Below are positions 12,094 to 21,647 of a stretch of 62,082 bases of DNA, in pieces. Within the stretch, counting starts at the first letter, position 1; every line of letters starts with the position of its first letter. The stretch is from Parvularia atlantis (lineage: Eukaryota). The notes beneath the pieces are model-generated. The model searched no databases and had not been told where the DNA came from. It saw nothing but the letters and a program-made list of their open reading frames with translations. Position numbers and translations under genes: made by a program. The stretch is from NCBI GenBank assembly GCA_943704415.1, contig CALSCO010001421.1, positions 1 to 62,082 on the forward strand, in the 5' to 3' direction.

Positions 12094-14255
12094 TCACTTG
12101 GGCGACGGCGTCTGGTTGCCGCCGTTGAGGGGGCCTGCGCCGTTGGTGGCTGTCCCGTTGACAAAGCGCGGCGACGTCAGCGGCGTCGAGGTGCGCAGCA
12201 CAGCCGACGACCGCCCCATGTTGAGCATCGACATTGTCCCGAAGCCGCTCCTGGCGACGGTGCGCGCGCGCGGGGGTCACAACGGGCCCGGCGCCCGCAG
12301 CACACCGCGCGCACCTCCTGTGGCCGGGCGGGACGAGGCCACCCGTCTGCACGACCTGGTCGATCACGAGCATGTTCTTGAGCGAGTCCTACGCGTGCAC
12401 ACGAGCGGTTGAGCCAGACGTGCACTGCGTTGGCTGGCAGCGCGCACCTGCAGGTCTGTCGACGTCGGGATCCTGAACAAAATCTCGCGCGCAAACGCGT
12501 CCAGCTGGTACTCCTCCGGACTGGCGCCGTCACCGTACATCTGCTCGGCTGCGATGACCTGCGCGCGCTCGGGCTGAGCGACGCACACCCAGGTCATGGC
12601 AACGCACGGCGCCGGTGCGCTTGGACCGCAGCGTCAGCTGGTGCCTCAGATGCGGCCAGATGAAGTTGTCGAGCATGAGGTCGCACTGCGCCGCGGCCGC
12701 GTCAGCTCTGGTGCCGGCGCGCGGGCACACAACGCAACCTCCGTGCCGAGGATGCGCAGGCTCGCCTCGGGCAGCACCGACCAGGCGCGCAGGTCAAGTT
12801 CGATGTTGGCCGTGACGCGGTTGGTGCCGGACCCTGCAGCGCGCGGCTGAGCACATGTGCGCGTGCCCGGCGTGTCTGCGTCCGCACCTCGTAGCCCCTC
12901 GCGCGTGGTCGCGTTCGGGTCGCCCAGCGAGCTGTTGGCCATCGTCTCAAAGTGCTCAAAGACGAGCTCGATGGTGAGCCGCTCGTCGAGCCTGCGCGCG
13001 CGCGCGCCCGGTCGGCGTGTGCGGCGTGTGCGCAGACTGGCGCACTTTGTCCGCTTGTCGTACAGCGCCGCGTCGACCTTGACGACGCGCGGCTCGCTCC
13101 CGAGGATCGAGCGCGCGGCGTGGATCGCCACCGGTCCGAGCACCGCCAGACACCCCTGGCCGCGCTCGATCAGGTCGTCCATGACGGCCTGGGCGCCGCG
13201 CCGCGCCGCGCGTCAGCCGACAGCAGCGCGGCAAGCGCGTGATCGCGCGCCTTGCTGTAGTAGTACAGCGGCCAGCGCACGGTGACGTCGAGCGAGCGCA
13301 CGAGCCCGAGGCGGTTCGAGTGCACGAGCTCGCGCACGCGCTGTGTCGTCGTGAGCACCTGGGCGCAGGGCGGGGCGGGGCGCGGACGCACCGCGACGAT
13401 CGGGTGGAAGCGGTAGCCGAGGTCCTCGACGAGCGACCGCCGCTGCTGCGCCGCGAGCACGAGCAGGTCGCGGGCGTCCGCGGCGGTGGCTGAGCGGTGC
13501 AGTGCGTCGTTGCGCGCGTCGGCTGCCGAACCACGCGCGCACAGACGCTGCTGCGCACGCACGGCACATGGGCGCGGCGCAGAGGACGTGCTTGCCGGCG
13601 AGCAGGGCGGCCTCGATCAGCTGCTTCTGCTGCACGGGCTGCGCGGCGATGTACACGGCGCTGACCTGGCCGGCCGCGAACAGCTCCTGCGGCTGCGGGT
13701 GCGGGCTGAGCGACGGGCCGGCGCGGCGCAGCGTCGTCGTTGGCGCGCACTGTCGCGAACGTCGTCAGGCTGTGGTACACCGGCGGCGTGTAGGCGAGCG
13801 GGCCGCCGGCGGCCGCGGCGCCGCGGCTGGGCCCGGTCGCGACGGCCGCGACGCCGACGACGCGCACGTTGGCGAGCTTGCGCGCCGGGTAGACGACGGT
13901 CTGCGGTGCGCGCGGCCGTATTGAGCGCCGCCATCCGCCCGCTCGTCACCCCCCTCCCACCCCCCTGGCGCCGCGCCCGCCGCGCGCACCGTGGCCGTCG
14001 CCAAGTTGAGCCGCCCGACGATGCCTAGCGCGACGGCCTGATCGCGCTTGCGCCGCACGGTTGCCTGGGAGGGGGCGGACGGGACGGGCGCAGTCGCGTG
14101 ACGCGTCAGCCAGACCGGCAACGGCGTCCCCGCGCCCCGCGCCGCACCTGCGGGATGCGCACGAGCCGTGCCAGCAGGCCGTGGCCGCGGTGCAGCGCCA
14201 CGGCGAGCGCGACCAGCACGGCCAGCGCGAGCCAGGCGAGGTACGCCCAGTGCAT
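12094..14255 (-). CDS. Gfo/Idh/MocA oxidoreductase-like protein with N-terminal signal/anchor and degenerate catalytic motifs
   Basis: MHWAYLAWLALAVLVALAVAL, LGIVG...VVYPARKLANVRVVGVAA, AGKHVLCAAP, GYRFHP, YQLDAFAREI...DSLKNMLVIDQV. Spliced to TGA at 12096-12094. Confidence 0.7.
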
Positions 14256-14294
14256 TCGGACACGTGCGGGAGCGCGATTGAATTGGACACACGG

Positions 14295-16824
14295 TCACGT
14301 CTGCGGCTCGCGCAGCACCAGCGACGCCCCCGTCGCGGTCGCAAAGTCCCGGAACGCGCGCCAGACCGACGCGCTGATCTTGTCGTGGCCCGTCTGCTGC
14401 CGGAGCCGGTCGTGCAGGTCGCTCTTCTTGACCGTCTTGTTGAGGCGCAGCTGGTCGATCGCGATGAGGCGCAGCTGGCGGCACAGCGGATCAGTGCGCG
14501 CGCAGCCCCGCGCGCCACACGTAGGCCAGACAGACCTTGTCGGCTAGCTCGCTGTTGGTGCGCAGGAGCACGTGCGCGGTGTGGAGCGTCACCGAGACCT
14601 CGCCCAGCACCCGGTAGATCATCTCGTCCGTCACGGTCGCGTCGGCCAGCACGTTGTTGGGCACGTCTGCGGCACGGCGTGAGCGGCCCGCGTGTGCTGC
14701 GTGCCCGCCGACGCACTCTTGAGCGACTGGCGCTCCACGACGTGCCGCTTGACGTACGAGAACGTGCCGTAGCTGGCGAGCTGGCGGGGTCGATGAGCCA
14801 CGGTCTGCGCGCGCCTGCCCCATCGCACGCACCAGCACGTCGGTCACAAACATGCGCAGCTGCTCGATCGCGGACGAGACGTGGTACACCTTGGTGAGCG
14901 GCACGGCGATGTCGGCTGCGCACGGGTGAGCGGCGACTGCGCACCGCTGCGTCACGCGCACCGTCCACCATCGTTGTGCTGTTTCGCCGCCGTCCTAGCA
15001 CACGCACGCGCGCGGGTGCGCCGTCAGACCGCACAGCCGCACGCGCACAGGGCAGGCCAGCGCACCCGACGCGCTCCCGCCCGCGTCCGACGTCGTGCGC
15101 CCCCGATCGCGCAGCCAGGCCTGCGCCAGCGCCGCGCTATGTTGCAGCTGCTCGCGCTGCCGTGCGGCGAGCTGCGGGTACAGCTGCGCAAACTGCGCGT
15201 GCACGCCGGCCTTGATCTGCCAGCCGCTGTTGGGGTACTGCTTGGCGATCGGCGCTAGCAGCTCCTTGAGCTCCTCGGCCCCTATCCCCGTGGCCTGCGT
15301 GCGCGGTGCTGCGTGAGTGCGCGTTGTGTGGCGCGCTCGGAGGCGCACGTCGGTCATGTCCTTGCGCCGGACGTACTCGCTCGCCGAGAACAGGCTGAGG
15401 ATGACGTCGCGCGCCTTCTGCATGCGCTCATTCTGCAGCGCGAGCTCGCTGGTGCGCGGGCGCTCAGCCGCGGCGTGTGGGCCGAGCGAGTGCGCGCACC
15501 TCTTGACGACCCACACGCCCCGGACGAGCACGGCGACCTTCTCAAGCACCGGCAGGGTCTCACTGTCGTCGCGCTTCTTGGGCGAGATGACGATCTCGAG
15601 CACGCGGTCGTGCGCCAGCGCGCTGCCTGGTGCGCGCGTTCAGGCCTCCGTGCCGCGCGGGGCCGCGCAGCCGCACTCTTCGTCAGCAGCAGCGTGATTT
15701 GTTGCTCAAGGGTCATGGCGCTGAGGTCCTGCATCGTCGGCTGCGACGTGACGTGCGAGCTCCGCATCGCGTGTGAGCGCCGCAGGCGAGGCACGAGGCA
15801 GCACGGCGGCGCACATCTGGTTGGGCGGCGGCACGAGCGCCTTGAGATACTCGGCCGGGTCCTCCTCCAGCTTGACTGTAGCCGCCGACGTGCTGAACAT
15901 CTGCTGGTATACGCCGTCTGCCTCGTCCGTCTGCTCGGGCGACGCGGTTCGGCCGCGGCTGCCGCGCCGCGCACGGCGCTCACGCACCCCAAATTCGCGG
16001 TACTGCAGCGGGATCCACGGGTCGTCGTCAATCGTCTTCTGCAGGTGCGCGTACGACCGCTTGCGGGCGGCCTGGGCGCGCTCTGACTCACGCTTCTTGA
16101 CGGTGATCTGGCGCGCGAGGTCGGCTGACCGCTTTCGCGCACGCGCGCAGCAGAGGCACGCACGTGCACGGCCTTGACCCCGTCCTCGTCCTCGTCGTCG
16201 TCGCCGCGCGTGTCCATCTCGTCCGCCCGCACGGCCACCGGCGCCGTCCGCTCCTCCTTGGTCTCGTCCAGGCGGTCGAGGTAGGCAAAGCTGGGGCGCA
16301 TCTGCAGCGTGCTGTGGACCGCCGTCAGGTGCAGCTGGTCTGCAGCGCACAGCACGTCATCATTGTGAGCCAAGAGCGTGCGCGGGTGTGACGCCACCGT
16401 CCGACACGATGCCGGCAAAGTAGTGCGTCTTGGCCGGCACGAGCGTCGACGTGAGCGTCTGCCGGTCGAGCAGCTGCGTGCGCGCGTGAGCACGCTGCCT
16501 GTGTGCCGCACGCACACCCGCACACGCGCGCACCTTGCTCGGCCGCGCGCCCTCCTCCACCGGGCGGTAGAACGGCGCGTACTCCTCGCCCTTGGCGGCG
16601 TCGTAGCGTGCGGCCGACGTGTCGAGTTTGAGCTCGACCTCGAGCTGGCTCACGTGCGCCTTGTAGCGCGCGGCCACGGGCACGTTGCGCGCGCCCGTCA
16701 CGTCCTCGTGCGCTAGCCGCCGCAGCGGGTACTGCAGCAGGCACAGCTGGCCCTCGAGCGTCTTGGCGACGAAGACGTCGAGGACCCGCACAACCGGGTC
16801 GTCGTCGTTGGCGTCACCCATCAT
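14295..16824 (-). CDS. POLR3E: RNA polymerase III subunit RPC5 (Sin/C37) including the C-terminal winged-helix extension
   Basis: DDDPVVRVLDVFV...LLQYPLR, LHLTAVHSTLQMRPSFAYLD, DDPWIPLQY, AVLVRGVWVVK, ARDVIL. Consensus introns continue the frame to ...RAFRDFATATGASLVLREPQT*. Confidence 0.88.
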
Positions 16825-16862
16825 GGCGGCGCCACATACATATGATGACAGTTTCAGTTGAC

Positions 16863-17939
16863 ATGGCATCCGTGCTGCGTGCAGTGCGTCGACGCTGTGC
16901 CGCCGCGGCGCACCGGCGCTGGTCGTCCTCGTCCGCGCCGTCCGCGCCGGTGCCACCGGACGCGTCCGCCGAGGGCAAGCGCGTGGTCGACAACATGCGC
17001 TTCTTCCTGGTGTGAGCGGGCGCTGCGCGCACGAAGCGCACCGCACGCTGACGAACGGCCGACGAGCGCGCAGCTTGACCGCGTGCTGTACCCGAGCACG
17101 AAGATGCCGCTCGTGATCTTCGAGCCGCGCTACCGGTGCGTGGAAGGGGGGGCGGCCGCGTCTGCAGGTGGCGCCGCTGAGCCACGCGCGCAGCCTCATG
17201 GTCGATGACGCGCTCAAGAGCGAGTCCAAGACGTTCGGCTTCGTGTCGACGTCGCCGCCCAACCCCAAGGCGCGCTACCTGCTCGAGACGGACTGGTGCG
17301 GCAGCGAGGTCGGCACGGTGGCCAGGATCGTGCACACGGAGCAGATCAAGGGCGACCAGCTGCAGATCGAGATCGAGGGTGAGCGCAACCGCCGCACCGA
17401 AAGCTTCGCGCTGACGCCAACCTCGCAAAGGCACGGAGCGCTTCCGCGTGCTGCGGCACGACCGCAACGTCTTTGGCCTGTGGGAGGGCGCGGTCGAGCT
17501 GTTTGGCAGCGACGGTGCGCAGCCGGTCGGGGCCAGCGCGGACGAGCGCGATAGTGCGGCGCGGGTGGCGGGCGAGGCGCTCGAGGCGCTGAAGCGCTGC
17601 TTCGCGCTGCGGGACGAGCTCGACCTGGACGACCAGTGGCCGCTGTTCACGGGCAACGTGATCGAGGACCTGGACAAGCTGCTCGCGGCGCACGACATGG
17701 ACGAGTTCTCGTTCCGGCTGGCGAGCCTGCTGCCGGTCGAGCTTGAGAAGCACCAGCGCTTCCTGTGCACGACGAGCGTGGGCGAACGGCTGACGCAGCA
17801 GCTGGCGACGCTGCAAGAGTTCCTTAGCAAGAGCCACGCGGCGCCCGCGGCGTCGAGCGATGCCGCCGCACAACCCGCCGCGGCCGATGCTGCCGGTGCT
17901 GCGGCGGCCAAGGACGGCAGCGGCGACAAGGACAAGTGA
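16863..17939 (+). CDS. Stand-alone LON substrate-binding (PUA-like) domain protein with a probable mitochondrial presequence
   Basis: MASVLRAVRRRC...; VLYPSTKMPLVIFEPRYRLMV; GTVARI; EGTERFRVL; KHQRFLCTTSVGERL. No AAA or protease domain. Confidence 0.8.
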
Positions 17940-17985
17940 GAGCGACCTGTATCTAGGGTTGCATGCATGAACATTGTACAGCCGC

Positions 17986-19079
17986 TCAGGGTTTGCGCTG
18001 CCTCCCGACGAAGCCGCGCATGGCCGTGTTGACGCCCATAAAGTCCTGCAGCAGGTCGTACAGCTGCGTCGGGAGCACGCGCAGCACGGGCACGCCGCGC
18101 ACGAAGAGCGGCTCCCAGATTTCGGGCTCGTGACGCCAGATGATCGTCTCGATCACCCGGTCGGCGACGTACTGCGCGTGCCGTTGTCAGCGGCGCGCCG
18201 GCGGCCGCCGCGTGTGTGCGCACCTCGGGCGTCAGGGGCGGCGTCAGCAGTGGGAAGCGCAGGTGGATACCCTCAAACATGCCCGACGTGACCAGCCCCG
18301 TGCACAGGATCGTCGTGTGCACGCGCGACACGCCGGCCGCGCGCAGCTCCATCCGCAGCGCCTCGTTGAAGCTGTACAGGCCGGCCTTGGTCGCGCAGTA
18401 GTCGCCCAGCTGCGCCGTGCCGACAAAGCCCATGGACGAGCCGAAGGTGACGAGGTGCCCGTCGTTGGCGCGGATCATCTCGGGCACGAACGCGCGCGCG
18501 ACCCACATGTGCGAGAGCAGGTTGGTGCGCACGGTCTCGTCGAGCTCGTCATCGGTCGCGTCGAGCAGCGTCTTGCCCGTGACGACGCCGACGCAATTGA
18601 CCACGACCTTTGGCCAGCCGATCTGCGCGTGCGTGAGCGCGTGTGCGCGTGCGTGTGCGGGTCAGCTTCTGCGTGCGCTCGGCTGTCACGCTTCGCACCG
18701 TGGCCACGACCGCGCTCTGCAGCCGCGCCACGTTCTCGCGTCGCGCGACATCACACCGGATAAACGTGCACGCCGGCAGCGCCTGCGCAGGCTCGTCGCG
18801 GTCGGCCACGACGACGCGCGCCCCACGCAGGCTGAGCCGTCGCGCGATCACCAGCCCGGTGCCGTTCGCACCTGCTCGCACACGGTCGTCAGCGCGCGCA
18901 TTTGTCCCCCCGTGCGCCACACACACACACACACCGCCCAGCACGAGCACCGGCAGGCCCTGCAGGCGCCGCGGACTGCGCAGATACTTGCGCAGGTACC
19001 ACAGCGCGCCCACCGCGAGCGCCGTGAGGGCCACGAGGGCGGCCACGGCTGCGGCGGCCGTGAACGGCGCGCCAGCCAT
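17986..19079 (-). CDS. Short-chain dehydrogenase/reductase (RDH10/SDR16C-like) with N-terminal membrane anchor
   Basis: VLVLGGANGTG Rossmann motif, CDV, VVVNCVGV, GHLV, catalytic YCATK, SGMFEGI. Confidence 0.88.
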
Positions 19080-19144
19080 GGCCGCGGCGATCTGTCATGC
19101 TTCTCGTCCCAAGCTGACCACGACTCGCGGCCGCCCCGCCGCTC

Positions 19145-21419
19145 ATGAAGTACGGCAAGCAGCTGCTGCTGCGCACGCGCGGCGCCGACTACGAGGCCGG
19201 CTACATGTGCGCGCGGTGCTGGGGTGGAGCGGGGCCGCTGAGGCCTGACCGGGTGCGCCGCAGCGACTACAAGCAGCTCAAGCAGCTGCTCAAACAGTGT
19301 GCACCGTCGGTGCAGCCGAGCACGGACAACCTCGGCGACGCGCAGCAGCAGCAGCCGCCCGGCGACGCGGCTGCCATCGCGGCGTTCCGCAGCGCATTCA
19401 TCGCCGAGCTCGACCGGGTCAACGCGTTCTACCGCGCGCGCGAGAGCGAGGTCGCGACGATCCAGGCCGAGCTGGCCAAGGAGGCACGCGCCGCGCGAGC
19501 CCCCGCGACGGGCGCACGCTGAGTTGCAACGGACGCGCAGCTGGCACCGATCGGTGCACCGCCCACGGACGACAACCGCGCCGCCTTCCCCCGGCTGGCG
19601 CAGCTGGCCGAGACGCTCGAGCTGATGGGCGACTTTGTCGTGCTCAACCAGCTCGGGTTCACCAAGATCCTCAAGAAGTGCGAGAAGAAGGTCCCGACGC
19701 TGCACGTGGGCGAGGGCCTGCATGACCGCATCGTCAACACGCACTTTGTGACGTCGAGCGCGCGCGTCGACATGCTCAACTGGACCCGCAAGGCGCGCCA
19801 CGCGCGGCTCCATCGAACGCGGGCGCGCGTGCCAACAAGGCCCGCCTGCGCAGGAGCTGCTCAAGTCGGCGCCGCAAGTGCGCCGCGAGCCGACGCCGAC
19901 GCCGATCACCACGACCGTGCAGCAGCCCGACTACCCGACGTGCGCGGGCTCGCAGTCTGCGCGGACGCTGCGGCCTACGCGCGTGGTTGCGCGCACGCAG
20001 GTATGACCACCTCGATCTAGACGCGCTGCCCGTCGGGCACGTCAGCCGCATGTGGATTGCGATGGCGATGGACGGGCTCGGCCAGCCGATCAAGGTGCCG
20101 GTCGTCGTCGCCAAGGTGCGCCTGCGCCGTGCCCACTTGCGCCGCGTACCCACCCCCCACCGGAAAGGGCGAGCGCGTGGGACCGGTCCTGGGCATCACG
20201 GCCTGTCTGCACGGCAACGAACTCAACGGCATCCCGCTCATCCACCGCCTGTTTCGCGAGCTGGACTGCGCGCAGGTGCGCCGCACCGCCGCGGCCATGC
20301 GAGGTCACGCCAACACGTATGCGCACAGCTCAACGGCATCGTCGTCGCCGTGCCCGTCGCCAACACGCCCGGCTACATGCAGGCCAAGCGCGGCTACCTC
20401 GACAACTCGGACCTCAACCGCGTCATGCCCGGGAAGAGGGATGGCACGTCGGCGCAGCACTACGCCTACAACTTTGTCAGCCGGATCGTGTCCAAGCTCA
20501 ACTACCTCATCGACATGCACACGGCCTCGACCGGCCGGGTCAACTCGCTCTACGTGCGCGCAAACATGCGCAACCCGATCGAGGCGCGGATGGCGCTCCT
20601 GCAGAACCCGCAGGTGCGCGCGCGCGCGGGACCTCGTGGCGTCCGCTCACGCGCACGCGGGCGGCGCGCCAGATCATTGTGCACAACACCGGACCAGACG
20701 GCTCGCTGCGCTCGGCCGCCGTCGAGTACGGCATCCACGCGATCACGGCACGCCGCGCATGCCCGTCGTTTGCGAGCCGGGCGACTGATGCGGCGTGAGC
20801 ACCAGGTCGAGGTGGGCGACCCGCAGCGCTTCCACAAGCGCTTCATCAACTTTGCCCTGCTCGGCGTCGAGAATATCATGTGCTCGCTCAAGATGGTCTT
20901 CCGCGAGGTGCGCGCACGCACACGGCGGGGGGCGCCAGTGCTGTCGCACCGACGCGCGTGTGCCGCAGCCGCAACACCCGGACTTTGAGCCGGTCATCTG
21001 CACCAAGTCGCACTGGATGTTTACGCGCTCGGGCGGCGTGCTCACGGTCCTTCCGGGTGTGGCGGCGGGCGAGTAGATGCATGCGCGGCGCGGCTCACGG
21101 CGGCGACGCGGGGCGCACACGCGCGCAGAGATCAACTCGTGGGTCAAGGAGGGCGAGGTGATCGCGCGGATTCACTCGATTTTCGGTGACCTGATTGAGG
21201 AGGTGCGCGCCAGCACCGAAAGCAGCGGACGCTGGCGCTCAAAGCGCGGGTGCGACGCAGTACTTTGCCCCGTCGGACGGGATCATCGTTGGCAAGTCGG
21301 TCAACCCCGTGTGCTCGTCGGGCGACCGCATCCTGCACCTCGGCGTCGTCACGACGCAGTTTGCGGCGGGCTCGCTCGACGGGCACGAAGGCGCGGGCAA
21401 GGTGGGGTCGGGCGACTGA
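19145..21419 (+). CDS. SPX domain fused to an M14 succinylglutamate desuccinylase/aspartoacylase-like metallo-deacylase
   Basis: SPX: MKYGKQL, YI|DYKQLKQ, ELDRVNAFY, LNQLGFTKILKKCEK. M14: GITACLHGNELNG, VPVAN, DLNRVMPG, IDMHTAS, VEVG, then a biotinyl-like tail (GEVIARI...APSDGIIVG...SGDRILHLG). One continuous spliced frame. Confidence 0.85.
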
Positions 21420-21647
21420 GCGCGCTCTTGTGCGAGGGCTTGATGCCAGCCAGACGTGGAGCACGAGCCGGCAACGCAGCCACGGGAACGGGCAGCGCGC
21501 CACAAACGGGCCGAGCACGAGACGCGCCAGCAGCAGGGCGCTGGCGCTGTCTGATCCGAGTTTTGCGATGGGTGCGCATCGCTGCCGCAGCAACATCCAT
21601 CAAGTTGAAAAAAAAAAAATTCATCTGTGAACCGCGCCTTCGCCTCA

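Noticed and set aside
14295..14972. Separate small gene starting ATG GTG GAC near 14970
   Set aside because: An upstream acceptor and donor join it in frame to RPC5, and the product resembles the RPC5 C-terminal domains.
16814..18604. 596-aa ORF suggesting a long SDR fusion
   Set aside because: It reads through an intron of the SDR gene and then runs antisense to the LON-N gene. The spliced SDR ends at 17986.
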